Shown piece after piece: positions 12,237 through 25,185 of a DNA stretch of 64,000 nucleotides (positions are counted from its first letter, which is position 1; each line of letters begins with the position of its first letter). This stretch comes from Mobula birostris (Eukaryota). The stretch lies in assembly GCF_030028105.1 (NCBI RefSeq), contig NC_092402.1:43946137-44010136 (forward strand). Direction: 5' to 3'. The notes below the pieces were generated by a model. It was not told where the DNA came from. It saw only the letters and a program-made list of their open reading frames with translations, and did no database searches. The translations under genes and the position numbers were made by a program.

Positions 12237-12408
12237 ATGTATCGTAATAATGCCCTTCCATGAGGCCAATGTGCATAGGAGCAGGGCCTGGAGCTGGGGC
12301 TGGCCCCAGTGCCGGTGCAGGTGCTGGAGGAGGTGGTGGTGGGGGTGTTTCGGGTACTGGCCGTTGTCGCTGAGATGAGTAACGCTTTGCCCGTCTTGCT
12401 TGGCTGCC
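12237..12408 (-). CDS. CASC3: CASC3 exon 9 (GSQARRAKRYSSQRQRPVPE...MEGHYYDT)
   Basis: 172 nt; conserved RAKRYSSQRQRPVPE and EGHYYD. Confidence 0.95.
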
Positions 12409-12778
12409 CTGGAAGACATTCAACCATTTAATACTATTTAATCGACACACTCTTCACAAGGAGTCAATGTCACAACTTTACTCTGTTGTCTTTGGAAAAA
12501 AGTCATGTATTTTTCTTCTTGCGACTGTCTGGTTATCCCTCCTGCATCACCATCACTGCAGAAGTGTCACCATGCTCATTTAACAAGTTCAGGTGATTCT
12601 TGAAGCTAATAACAGGCATTAGCAACAATTAACCAACCTCTTAAGTTATTGAGCATCAGTTAAATTTGAAACCTATATTTGTTTTAGTAAACTGATGTTA
12701 CATATAAAACTTAACATTTTTTCCATCCCATTGCAAAGTACCGTAAATGTGGACTATCATAATCCACCAGACCAATTT

Positions 12779-12786
<8 letters not shown>

Positions 12787-12818
<32 letters not shown>
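12787..12818. repeat. (TA)n(CA)n compound microsatellite
   Basis: Direct reading. Confidence 0.9.
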
Positions 12819-13129
12819 TTGGCCACAGAACCTTGCAAGATTTGTTCTGCAGGAGTATGCATTCAAGTATTGAAGGTGAAAGATATAGTCCACTATACAG
12901 TATCCTCCATCAATTTCCCTTCTTTGTTTAACATCCATGAAATTGACTGGCTACCCCGTACGTGTGCGCCATATGTACCCACAGTGATGTACCACATAAC
13001 ACAACACCAGAAAAATTACAGTACAGGTCACATTCATGTGTCGTCAAAGGCTGCATTTTCTAATACAAGATTTCTTTAAATGCTTCCCAATAAATGCAGA
13101 CAGCAGCTAACCTACCCATATAAGTAAAT

Positions 13130-13415
13130 AATTTAGAAATACAGCACAGTACAAGCACTTTCAGCCCAATGAGCCTCACTACCCAGCAACCCACTTATTT
13201 AACATTAGCCTAATCACAGGACAATCTACAATGACCAATTAATCTACTAACTCGTATGTCTTTGGACTATGGGAGGAAACCAGAGCACCCGAAGGAAACC
13301 CACGCAGTTCACGGGGAGAACGTACAAACTCCTTACAGATGGCTCTGTAACTGAACTCTGGAACACTCCAAGCTGTAATAGCATCAGACTAATTGCTATG
13401 TTACCATAGTGCCCA
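13130..13415 (-). mobile_element. HE1/V-SINE-like tRNA-derived SINE
   Basis: Reverse V-domain core gggaggaaaccagagcacccgaaggaaacccacgcagttcacggggagaacgtacaaactcc. Confidence 0.8.
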
Positions 13416-13560
13416 AATGCTTACACAAATACTGTCTGGAAAAACTATGCTCTAAAACCAAATTAGGGTACTGTCTACAAAGATTTTAAAGCTATTCATC
13501 CAGCTCACATGGTTCCACTGAATTACATATTAGTTTAATATTGTGACATAAACTTCTTAC

Positions 13561-13616
13561 CATTTCTTCCACTCTGTTGTATTGAGAAGCATTCATGTGT
13601 AGTGAATTGGGAATGC
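13561..13616 (-). CDS. CASC3: CASC3 exon 8 (GIPNSLHMNASQYNRVEEM)
   Basis: 56 nt, phase 1->0; resembles human GMPNHIHM...FNRMEEM. Confidence 0.92.
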
Positions 13617-13864
13617 CTGGAAGAAAGACAGTAGTTTACACTTTATGTAACAACGGTTAAATGAAAGAACTGAAAGAGGAACCATGTCATTACACAATGT
13701 TTTGCTGATAACAAAGGAAATCATCCCTGATCAACATGCTATTGTAGAGAAAAACTGAAGCACTCTCCCACCTCAAGAACACTCACGATAAGCAATGTTG
13801 CAATGCTAATCAACAAGTCATTTCATACTGCTCAGGCAGAAATTAGAACTGTATCAGAACTTAC

Positions 13865-14568
13865 CCTGGAGATCTCTTGACTGTGCATATTGTGGTTGGC
13901 TATTTGGAGTCCAGCTTTTCCCCGATAAATTCATTTGGGTCATCTCACACTCGAGCCCAGTCACAGCAGAGTCTATGGATGGGGTCTCCCAGGAGCCAGT
14001 CTTTGTCACTGGTGGAGGGAGAGGTTGAATAGGTATCTGCTGAGAAGCAGGAACCAAATCTGGGACAGGAGTGTCCTCCACAGACTGTGGCTTCCCTACC
14101 TCAGTGACTTTGTTCCTGGTTCTTCGAATACGGGAATAGGATTTCTTTTCTATTGTTTTTTCCTGTACCTGTGGCATATTCTCAGTAGGGAGGGACTGAT
14201 TTTGTACAGAGCCATCTTCTCTTGTCACACCATAACTCTTCACTGACTGTAAACAGTCTGTTATAATCACAGTCTCTTTCACATGACCCTGTTCTATATT
14301 CTTTGCATCCATTTTATCTTCACTGGTGGATAATTCTCCTGAAGAATAACTTCTTGAACTATTTACTTCATTCGGTTTCACATTCTCATCATCTTCAACA
14401 TAAGAAACATTTTTAAAGTAGTTCTTTGCTGGAGATTTCCGTTCTTGTCCTCCTATCCTTCGGTTAAAAGTTCTTGTAGAAGGGATGCTATTGACAGTTT
14501 TACGAAGGTAAGGCCTTGGTGGTGGTTTTTCTATCCAATCAGAGTCTCGGTTTTGAGGACTTCTAAAC
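13865..14568 (-). CDS. CASC3: CASC3 exon 7 (large; includes EKKSYSRIRRTR and NES-like LECEMTQMNL)
   Basis: 704 nt open frame containing ORF 13854..14381; AG acceptor at 14570-14569, GTAAG donor at 13864. Confidence 0.93.
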
Positions 14569-14599
14569 CTTTTGTAAAATTTTACATAAAGAGAGAATT

Positions 14600-14868
14600 A
14601 ATTTACAGCGCGGAAAAGGCTCTTCTGGTCCAATGAGCCGCACTGCGCAGCAAACAACCTATTTAACACTAGCCTAATTCACAGGACAATTTACAATGAC
14701 CAATTAATCTACTAACCAGTAGTTCTTTGGTATGTAGGAGGAAGCCCATATGTTCCATAGGGAGGACATAGAAACTCTTTACAGATGGTGTTGGAATTGG
14801 ACTCTGAACTCCAACGCCCCAAGCCGTAATAGCGTGGAATAACCACTATGCTATCGTAGCGCCCCAAT
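14600..14868 (-). mobile_element. HE1/V-SINE-like SINE (same family as 13130-13415)
   Basis: Colinear similarity (tagcctaat.cacaggacaat.tacaatgaccaattaatctactaac). Confidence 0.75.
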
Positions 14869-16276
14869 TACACGTCTAAGCATCAAATCGACAATAAACT
14901 AATATTTAACGCATACATAAATAACAATTTTAGTCAAGCACAGAAGTTACTGGATAAGTTGACTGAAAATTTCATAGTTTTCTATGTTCGATCTACAAAT
15001 ACAATAGCAACCGGGTACAATATTTATGCTTGCTTTTTTGTTGTAGAGGTTTTGCTACACTAACATGTCTCAGCTTCCTCTGTAGAATTACATGGCATGA
15101 GATGCAGCCATTAAGCCCATGATAACATCCATGCAAACAAAACTCCATTCTTTCACTCTCTCCCAATAGACCTGCAAATTACTTTCCTGCAGTTTACTAT
15201 CCAATTTCTTTTTAAAAAAGGCAAGTGAACATGATCTGAAGAGAGTTTCCAACACTTTTTTTAATCTTGTTTGTAAGCTCCTGTTGATCCCCTCTGCAGA
15301 CAGCAAGTTCCAGATCACAAACACTCACTGCAGACACATTTTATCTTTTGCCCTTCTCTTAAATTTTTTTGCAAGTATAAGCAGCTGCTACATATCCGTC
15401 TAAAACTATCCTGATCTCGTGAACCTTTTTCAAATAAATTCCAAAGAGAACCAGTTCCTTCAGTCTAATCTTGTAACTGAAATCTTGACCTTAGAAATGT
15501 TTTGGGAAATTTCTTCAAGGAACTAATGCACATATACATTCAGTCCCCTCCCTCCATTGATTCCTACATAACCTTTAAAGTTGTGCATTGAACCTGCATT
15601 GCCCTTCAATCTGCCAGCCAAGACATCAACACAATTATGTTTGTTAACTTTCATCTGTCATTCTGCTGCCCATTCTACCAGCATAGACTTATTGCAATCT
15701 ACTAACATGTTCTTCACTGTTTAATCACCCCTCCAAACTTGGTGACAACTATAAATGTTGTCTTGCACAGCAAGTCAAATTACAGCTGCCTTAGCACAGA
15801 GTCCTAAGGACCATTGCTGCCCATTGCCAGAATTTACCATTGGAATTTTATCAACATGACTACATGAGGACAAACCCAAATGCTCCATTTCAGTACTGCC
15901 ATACACACAGGTACCTCATTAATGATCAACCCTATCACCTCCCGCAACAATCTATCAGCAACCATCCTCAGTATACCACAGAACTCCCATTCAGTGTAAC
16001 AGAACCCTGGGATGATTCCTTCAATGTTACCACATCACGACCCAACTCCAAGCCTTCCCAATGTTGCAAACTCTTAAATATTCCTATCTTAACACTATAA
16101 TGCCATCAGATGGATTGCAAACAAAATAAAGGAAAATCATATGAGAAGGTAGAATGGAAGTATGATGAAAGGCAGTAAATGTAATTCATAGGAACAATAC
16201 TTAGGAAATACAACTACACATTTTACATGCACTTTATCAGCTTTCTCAAGGTTCGAATTCCAGAAATTCTTCAAAC

Positions 16277-16453
16277 CTCGGCTTTCTAATCCTTCGTGGC
16301 CTTATTTCATCAGGATTTCTGTCTAATCGAATATCATAACCATACAAGGAAATCAGTTCATCTCGGGATTTAGGCGCTTGTTCATCTTCTTGGAACTTAT
16401 CATGCACCCATCGACCTTCATCTTTCCAGAGCTTGCGCTGTCTGACTTTGGGC
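16277..16453 (-). CDS. CASC3: CASC3 exon 6, SELOR/Btz domain C-half (PKVRQRKLWKDEGRWVHDKFQEDEQAPKSRDELISLYGYDIR...)
   Basis: 177 nt, phase 2->2; strongly conserved motif. Confidence 0.97.
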
Positions 16454-16742
16454 CTGAAGAGAGAAAGAAGTTAAAAACTGAACAGAGTAAATATATCCAG
16501 AAAGAGAGCAAAGGGGAAAAGAACCTTTTTTGTATACTTCCTGGACTTCTCCTAAAGACAAATATACTGCATGATTATATCTTAAATTCTGCACTGATGT
16601 CCAGCACTGATTCTTACAAAGCAGCAACTAAATTCAGTAACAGACAAAAAACACTGGAGGAACTCAGCAGGTCAGGCAGCATCTATGGAGAGGAAATCAC
16701 AGGCTCAAATTTAATACAATAGGATGACAATCAATCACAAAC

Positions 16743-16894
16743 CTCACTTCTTCTGGTTCAGTATGTCCTCTTAGATCATGCTCAAAGAAGAGTCCTTTCC
16801 GTGGAATATAGGCAGGGTTTTTCCGATCTTCATCATCATCCAGTTGACGCCTGCTCTTTTTACCCATTTTATTTTCGACAGGTTCCGTGCTTTC
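16743..16894 (-). CDS. CASC3: CASC3 exon 5, SELOR/Btz domain N-half (ESTEPVENK...DDDEDRKNPAYIPRKGLFFEHDLRG)
   Basis: 152 nt, phase 0->2; near-identical to the vertebrate SELOR motif. Confidence 0.97.
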
Positions 16895-17339
16895 CTATAG
16901 GGAGAAAATGTGGTACAAAAACAATTATTTTCAGAGCAGGAAATAACAGCTTTCATGTCACTTAATCCAGTTCCTTCCATGATATGATAAGGCTCTGTTC
17001 CTGAAAACAGCTTGAAAGCTGAATAGATTACAAGTTGGAAAGTGGTCCCTCAACCATGTAGTTAATAAGCACATGCGTTAACCACGTGCAGCAAGTAGTT
17101 CATCTAGGGCATACAATTCAACCATTCCAATTTCTCTGCAAGGTGCAATGATATTGCCACAAACCAAGTTCTCACATGGCAGAGTTGCCTGAAACCCTGC
17201 AACAGCTGGCAAACCCATCCTTCTGGTTGTCCCACTCATTCACTATATATACAAATGAGTGCTTGGCACATTCGAAGCTGCTGCAGGGTTCCAGGCATTT
17301 TCTGTCATGTGGGAACTTGGTCTGTGTCACTGAATGCAC

Positions 17340-17695
17340 ACAAGCATCTAGGGGTCTTGACAGGATGGAGGTGGAGTGGATGTTTCCTCTTGTGCAACTA
17401 TCTAGCATTACAGGGTCACTGTCTAAAAGCAAAAGGTCACCCACTTATTACAATTATGAAGCAAGCATTTGGTCTGAGGGCTGTACATCTTTGGAACTCT
17501 GTTTCCATTGTTGTTGAGGAACAGTCCTTGAATATTATTAAAGCACAGACAAACACTTGATAAGAGGGTGTAAGGTTACTGTGGGTGATAAGAAACTGGA
17601 GTTAAGGTCAGATCAGTCATGATTTCATTAAATGACACAATAGGTTGGGGGGGGGATTGAATGACCTCCTCTTGCTCATAATTCATCTGCTTGTA
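17340..17695 (+). mobile_element. Degraded CR1 3' fragment
   Basis: GLDRMEVEWMFPLV and tctgagggctgtacatctttggaactct CR1 tail motifs. Confidence 0.6.
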
Positions 17696-18089
17696 TGAAT
17701 AGATATTGTCCCCCCCAAAAATATGTAAAATCTTAATGTTATTTTCTCTCCTGAAGACCCTAACTTTCTGATGGAGCCTATGACTCCGAGATGCATGACT
17801 ACTTGCACAAATTCTGATAGAATGTGGCTATTTTAATGCAGAAGTATGACAGTCTTGCAAAAGGATAGCACTTAACACTGCTCAACTTACTAAGAGATGT
17901 GCAGATTAGTTAACATGGCAAAGAGAGAAATTATAACAAAGGTAGAAATCTTAGAAATACAGATCAGGCAACAGTTGCAGAGAGAGGCAAAAGATTATTG
18001 AACTCAAGCATCAACTCTGTTTCACCACTTCACAGACGATGCATGATGCACTGTATTTTTTCCAGCATTTCCTGTCTATACATCAGATA

Positions 18090-18320
18090 TTGGGGTGGCA
18101 CAGTAGCATAGTGGTTAGCACAATGCTTTACCATACAAGTGACCGGGTTCAATTCCAGTCAGTGCCTGTACATTTTCCCCGTGACCGTGTGGGTTTCTTC
18201 CCACACTCTAAAGATGTACCAGTTGCTAGGTAAATTAGTTGTTGTAAATTGCCCCACGATCAGGCTAGGGTTAGATTGGGCATTGCTGGGCTGTGTGGCT
18301 CAAAGGGCCTATTCCACATG
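18090..18320 (+). mobile_element. HE1/V-SINE-like SINE, forward orientation
   Basis: tRNA-like head gggtggcacagtagcatagtggttagc...gggttcaattcc, then V-domain ccccgtgaccgtgtgggtttc. Confidence 0.72.
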
Positions 18321-18821
18321 GACTCTTTTTAGCACCTGCAATTAATTTGCTTTCCAATAGGATTATTACCTTGGTTGAGATGCTTTGTGCATGAAATGCA
18401 TCTCTACTCATTTGCAATATTTTTGTTCAAGTGCATCCTAAATGCACTTTTACACTGTGCTAATAACTGCCAGATTCAAATACAAACAATGCACATAGCA
18501 AAAGAGTTATATCACCAGCTCTATGTCCCAGCAACTTTACATTGAACTTTCAGCTGTGCAGTTTCCATAATTACTCAGTAAAATAGCATATTATGAGAAG
18601 TGATACTTTCTGGATGAGGCATTACAAGTACAGCTGCTTCTGAGTAGCAACAAATGTCACTATTTAAAATGGAATCCTTCTAATTCATGACTGACACTGC
18701 TCTCTAGTGAACATCAAAATAATAAGTGGGTAAATGAATGCGGATTGTGCATAATTCACTGATCATAATTTATTTTGAGATGTTTCCAGAAGTGATGGGT
18801 TGCTACAAAATTTAGATTATG

Positions 18822-19398
18822 AGTACACTCAGTCCTCTTTTATTGTCATTTAGAAATGCATACATGCATTAAGAAATGATACAATGTTTCTCCGGAGTGG
18901 TATCACAGAAAACAGGACAGACCAAAGACTAACACTGACAGAACCACATAATTATAACATAAAGTTACAGCAGTGCAAAGCAATACCATAATTTGATGAA
19001 GAACAGACCATGGGCACAGTAAAAAAAAAAGTCTCAAAGTTCCGAGTCGATCGACTCCCGAGTCCCCGATAGCAGGCGGCAAAAGGGAGAAACTCCGTGC
19101 CATAAACCTCCAGGCACCGTCAACTTGCCGATACTTTGGAAGCAGCCGACCACGGCCGACACTGAGTCTATCCGTCCGAAAACTTCGAGCTTCCGACCAG
19201 CCTCTCCAATATAGCCTCCCGAGCGCCATCCTCTACCGAGCACCTTCAACCTCTCCCCGGCCGCTGAAACACGCAAAGCCGAGGATTTTGGGGCCTTCAG
19301 CTCTGGAGATTCCGGTTACCATACAGTAGCAGCGGCAGTGAAGCGGGCATTTCAGTTTTCCAAATGATCCTCCGTGCTCTCACGTCTGTCTCCATCAA
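18822..19398 (-). mobile_element. Young CpG-rich non-autonomous retroelement of unknown family
   Basis: Sharp CpG-rich block in an AT-rich intron; AATAAA-bearing tail on the minus strand (ctttattgtc at ~18837); no coding motif recognised. Confidence 0.55.
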
Positions 19399-19549
19399 TT
19401 GAAGTGTTTTATTACTTTTCTTTCTGAATGCTGGGGATCTCTACATTACCATGTACACATTGTCACCATAAATGAAATGAGCTTTTTAGGCTTATAAGGT
19501 CAAATCTGTCTTATCCTTGCAAAGTGAAATGAGTAGCATTTTATGTTAC

Positions 19550-19699
19550 CTGTCCATCTCCACTCTGTCTCTCTCCAGTAATCTCTCCTTTCTCTTCAGG
19601 CTTTCCTTCCTTTGATGATTCATCCTCATCCCCTTTATTGCTAGTTCTTGCTCCCTCTTTTGGGACTTCCTCTTCACTATATTCTTCACCATCTTCTTC
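19550..19699 (-). CDS. CASC3: CASC3 exon 4 (EEDGEEYSEEE...ITGERQSGDGQ)
   Basis: 150 nt, AG/GT bounded; conserved TGERQSGDGQ. Confidence 0.94.
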
Positions 19700-20119
19700 C
19701 TGCAAACATTTGATTAAGCACTGGTAAAATAATGTAATAGATTTAAAACAGAATGCACAACAAACTATTTTTTCTTACAAAGCACAGTCTGATGTTGTTC
19801 ATCATAATGATCAAAATGTTACCACAGCTTCCTTTGAGTCTCAACACTCAAGTTTTTTCTGCCTCCATCCTTTTCTGAGTACAGTGACTCAAGCTGTCTT
19901 TAGCAGTCATCAGCTCCACGATACTCTGACAAATGTTCCAAGTGGCCGTGTGTGAATAATAAAAGTGAGTTTGACTATGTGTGTTAAAGCAGACTCCACT
20001 GCACATACTTATACATTTGCCAGAGTCATGACAGAACTCCAGGACCAATCTGGAAACTGTTCATTTGGAAACAGCAATATAGATAAATTTACATTAGAGA
20101 AAACAGGAATTACACAGTA

Positions 20120-21457
20120 CAGGTTTTCCCCCGCTATCTGAAGGTACAGCGTTCCTATGAAACAGTTCATAAGCCAAAATGTCATAAAGTGAATAAGGAA
20201 TTACCATTTATTTATACAGGAAAAAGTTTTGAGCATTCCCAGACCCAAAAAAACCCTACAAAATCATGCCAAATAACACATAAAACCTAAAATAACAGTA
20301 ATATATAGTAAAAGCAGGAATGATATGATAAATATACAGTCTATATAAAGTAGAAATACTTTTCTGCAGCACTGTCTAGCGCAGCAAAAATCTCACAGAA
20401 GCGCTCTCGGCAGAAACACACTCTCCAGTAACCTTTAAGCTATGAAGATGCCAAATCATACCAAATAACACATAAAAATACAGCCTATATAAAGTAGAAA
20501 TAATGTATGTACAGTGTAGTTTCACTTACCGGAATCGGGAAGACTCCAATAAATTGCAGTTTCGTCACAGTTAAACACTTGCTCATACGAATAACCACCT
20601 GACACAATCGGCAATTGCCTCTGATCTGGGCTGACATTTACATGCTGGGCGGCACCTAATTAATTAGCTTGTTTATTTTGGCTTTTTTCTTAAAGTATGT
20701 GCTGGGTGCGTTCCGACTACCACTGCACCACTGCATTCTTTGCGGCAATGTATCAGTTCGTGGCCCGGAGGTTGGGGACCACTGCTTAAACTGTGAAGTT
20801 GCCCTCGCCTCAGAAACCGATCAAACCACCCATGACTACCTTTAAATTCCACTTTCACAACACTTTCATCACCATCATCCAGTGCTTTCTGGTTCAGCTT
20901 ATTAAAAAGACTGACTGATTTCTCCTTAAGTATAAGAAAACTTAACGGAACACCACGCTTTGTACACCCATCAATCCACTCAAGCAATAGACTTCTCATT
21001 TTATCCATTGTTGGATGCCGACTGAGAGAGACCACTTTGCTACGAGCAGAACCAACAGTAACATCGGCAGCTTTCAAAATTCTCTCTGCGTATAAATAGT
21101 GCGAATGGTGGACACAGGCAAGTTCAACGTGCGGACAGTGTCCTTACCACGATCGAAACGCTTAATTATGTCTAGTTTTGCGCAAAGTGTAACACCCTTA
21201 CGAGCTCTTTTAGGCTTTTCCAATACCTTAGAACTCATCTTGCTAACGGATGCACAAAATAAATTGAGATAAAGCACGTGTTTAAGCAATGCAGGCTAGA
21301 ATGCAGTTCCAGGGGAGGAGCTTGGCTGTTTGGGCGCGTGCTGCCTTTTATCGTAACAGTGAAAACACCTTCTGTTAGCGAAAACAGGTAACTAATGTAG
21401 GTCTTTAGTAACAGCAAGGTGTCGTAAAGCAAACGTTCGGAAAACGGGAGCCACCTG
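20120..21457 (-). mobile_element. Tigger/pogo DNA transposon deletion derivative retaining CENP-B-type HTH regions
   Basis: TA|caggt...acctg|TA termini; KRARKGVTLCAKLDIIKRF and EFKGSHGWFDRFLRR remnants; DDE core deleted. Confidence 0.9.
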
Positions 21458-22013
21458 TACACCAAAACTTGAGCTTTTATTAAGTTACATACTTAAAAAT
21501 TAACAGAAAACAGCACAAAATATTTACATTGTACATATAATATTAACATTTTCAATTTAGTCACAGCGTAATATTTTATTCTCCTGCATTACAGAGAGTC
21601 AGCACTTTTCCTTCCTTCTCCCTATTTTAGCCCAATTAAAGTACGGATTCAGCTCAGAACATGGACTGGGCAAGATCATAAATGACTTAAGTACAAAATA
21701 TATCTACTGTGAAATTTTCTATCAGGCAATGTTCTGAATCATTTTCCACAATTAGAAACTATATTAAGCTACCAAAAGTGGATATATTCCAAAACTTGTT
21801 TCTGACATATTCCTGAGTCAGTAAAATGATCAAGGTGTATGACTTATACATTCTTTGATAATAAATACACTTTGATGATTGATGAAGCTGACATTATATA
21901 CTAAAATCCAAAGGTTTTAAAATTATACTCACAAATCTATTTCACATAATTTACAATTACATGAAATTAAAATAGCCAAATCAAACTATACAATCACTCA
22001 CTACTACACTTAC

Positions 22014-22066
22014 AGATTTTTGAGAACCATTCTCTTCAGCACTTTCATAATCTGAAAGTACAACAG
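22014..22066 (-). CDS. CASC3: CASC3 exon 3 (AVVLSDYESAEENGSQKS)
   Basis: ctttcag acceptor, gtaagt donor, 53 nt, phase 1->0; LSDYESAE motif. Confidence 0.92.
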
Positions 22067-22605
22067 CTGAAAGAAAAGAATAAAAAAATTAGCAAGTGTA
22101 TAAAGTATAACAGAACCAACAATCTACATGTCAATTTCAATTACCACAAAACATGATTGGAGAGTCTTGTGTTAAGTTTACATGGCTTGATTGGCAAATG
22201 TACAGTCTGATGTGCCATTACTGGTCTTTGATTCAAAACTGAATTCTCAACAAAGCAGTTATATGTTGAGGAGAACAAAGCAACAAAGGACTTTATGATG
22301 CAATATATGCTTGTGTCTGTTTATAGGTTACGATGTGGGAAAACAGCAAGCACTGCTGAATATCATATAGTGATTCCTCCTGCAAAATGCTGTGAACATC
22401 ATGAGGTTTGAGTTCTAAACCTCTCCACAATAAACTAGCATTGTAGAGGAAGGGCAAAAAAAAGATCATTTTCTAAGTTTGTAATTACACAGAATACAAA
22501 CACACTTATTTAACACAGTCACTTACAACTTCAATACAGGTAGGATTAAAAAGTGTCAAAACCTTCTAACAAATTATAAGGCTTGCATGTATCTGTGGTA
22601 CTTAC

Positions 22606-22633
22606 CATCGCCTTCTATGCCATCTTCACTCTC
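22606..22633 (-). CDS. CASC3: CASC3 exon 2 (ESEDGIEGD), 28-nt micro-exon
   Basis: tttgtag acceptor, gtaagt donor; peptide matches human ESEDGIEGD. Confidence 0.93.
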
Positions 22634-23269
22634 CTACAAAAGAAAGACAATTTCATTGGTATTCATTTTCTGCCTTTTCAGTGCATGTTACTACATCTGA
22701 TATTTAACACCAAATGTACATACTACCCCTGCTAACAGATATACTGTGTTTCAGTGTATGTATACACATCCACACAGGTACAAAAAACATATTGTATACC
22801 ATCGGAGAGTAACAAAAAAATTAAGAGATTCCATCCTTCACATCACCACTTCCCCACTTAACCCTCACCTGTTTCTTTCTTTCAATTTCCAGAATCTGGA
22901 CATCACTGGCAAGGATAGTGATTATTGCCCTTCCCCTTACTACTCTTGAGAAGTGGCAGTGAGTTGCTTTTTGAATAATTGTAGTCCTTACAGTAAAGAA
23001 GTGTTAGGTTAAGGAAGTCCAGAGTTTGATGCAATAATGAAGAACAGTAAATGCTAATTCAAGATGGACTTGGATGGGAACATACTGATGACCGTCTCCT
23101 TGTACATTTGAAACTACAGTCTTACTTAGCAGTAGAAGTTGCAAGTTTGGGAAATGAAGCAGCCTAATTATAATAACTGCAATGCATATTGTAATGGTAC
23201 ACAAAGCACTCACTCACTGTAGTAGTGAAGGATGCAATGGATAGGGTGCCAAAATGGTTGCTGTGATGC

Positions 23270-23845
23270 GTCTAGTGTGGTAGTGGAGTGGGTAGTGCTT
23301 ATTGCTCTCACTTTCAGCTTCCACTACTGGCTAGCAGTCTTGTGAAAAGGAGAGCTGAATGGTTAAGTCTCTCCCTGCCAGTACATAGCCTCTCCAACAG
23401 AAAGCCTCATGTGGTGCCTCCTTGCTGGCTACACAGAAGCTGAACTCCTTTCGGACGCAGGCTGAACTACAGAGGACAGGGAGGAGGTCTGGCCTCTGCA
23501 CATGTAGCACACAGGCTCACCAGTGTGTGGACATGCCCTGGTGCTCATGAACCAGATCTTCAGCGATGGGTAAATAGCCCCACTGCCTTGTGGGCAGCCT
23601 CAAGAGAGACGAAGGCTACGGGAGTAAACCCAGACAGCAAATCCAGAGTGGAGCCCCGAAGATGACCAGACATCATTGAACATCCTTCCGGCAGCTCCTG
23701 CAGCCAAGCTGGTACCAAACATATTGCTTCATAAGCTTTCTTTTGGACTACACTGTGAGGCCGAGAGAAGGATCTTGATGACTGGGCATCATCACCCATT
23801 GCTCTTCGAGACAGACGGATGCCAACCACCACTAGGATGCCAGTC
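23270..23845 (+). mobile_element. RTE-like non-autonomous retroelement
   Basis: ggctacgggagtaaacccag motif shared with 42447-42985; GC-richer insert that splits an older LINE. Confidence 0.45.
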
Positions 23846-24084
23846 AAGTAGACTGTGATACCTTGGATGGTGTTGGGCCTTTTGAGAGTTATTGGAACTG
23901 CACTCATCCAGACAGTGGACAGTATTCCATGATGTTTACTGTAGATGATGGAAAGACATTGAGGTGTCGAAAGACAAGCTGCTCTCTCTCTAAAATGCTG
24001 CTTTCATAGTTAAATTATTTATCTTGCTGTTCCAGCTGAGTGTCTGATCAATAGCAACCCCACAAGTATATTGAATAAATACAT

Positions 24085-25185
24085 GGCCATGTCATAGTCC
24101 TACTTTATTGATCCCGGGGGAAATTGGTTTTCGTTACAGTTGCACCATAAATAATAAATAGTAATAGAAATAGTAATAGTAATATTACTATTAGTAAATA
24201 GTAATAGTCATGGAAATAATAAATACTAATAGAAAAATAGTAATAAATAGTTAAATAGTAATATGTAAATTATGCCAGTAAATTATGAAATAAGTCCAGG
24301 ACCAGCCTATCGGCTCAGGGTGTCTGACCCTCCAAGGGAGGAGTTGTAAAGTTTGATGGCCACAGGCAGGAATGACTTCCTATGACGCTCTGTGCTGCAT
24401 CTCAGTGGAATGAGTCTCTGGCTGAATGTACTCCTGTGCCCACCCAGTACATTATGTAGTGGATGGGAGACATTGACCAAGATGGCATGCAACTTGGACA
24501 GAATCCTCTTTTCAGACACCACCGTGAGAGAGTCCAGTTCCATCCCCACAACATCACTGGCCTTATGAGTTTGTTGATGCTGTTGGTGTCTGCTACCCTC
24601 AGCCTGCTGCCCCAGCACACAACAGCAAACACGATAGCACTAGCCACCACAGACTCGTAGAACATCCTCAGCATCGTCCGGCAGATGTTAAAGGGCCTCA
24701 GTCTCCTCAGGAAATAGAGACGGCTCTGACCCTTCTTGTAGACAGCCTCAGTGTTCTTTGACCAGTCCAGTTTATTGTCAACTCGTATCCCCAGGTATTT
24801 GTAATCCTCCACCATGTCCACACTGACCCCCTGGATGGAAACAGGGGTCACCGGTACCTTAGCTCTCCTCAGGTCTACCACCAGCCCCTTCGTCTTTTTC
24901 ACATTAAGCTGCAGATAATTCTGCTCACACCATGTGACAAAGTTTCCTACCGTAGCCCTGTACTCAACCTCATCTCCCTTGTTGATGCATCCAACTATGG
25001 CAGAGTCATCAGAAAACTTCTGAAGATGACAAGACTCTGTGCAGTAGTTGAAGTCCGAGGTGTAAGTGGTGAAAAGAAAGGGAGACAAGACAGTACCCTG
25101 TGGAGCCCCAGTGCTGCTGATCACTCTGTCGGACACACAGTGTTGCAAGCACACGTACTGTGGTCTGCCAGTCAGGTAATCAAGA
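24085..25185 (-). mobile_element. Rex1/Babar-clade LINE, 5'-truncated
   Basis: TGAPQGTVLSPFLF, KFSDDSA, NVKKTK, YKYLG, RLYFLRRL (ORF 24402..25253); frameshift near 24560; AT-rich (aatagt)n-like tail at 24150-24265. Confidence 0.9.

Noticed and set aside
24150-24265. AT-rich quasi-periodic (aatagt)n array
   Set aside because: It is the low-complexity 3' tail region of the Rex1 element, not an independent array or CRISPR.
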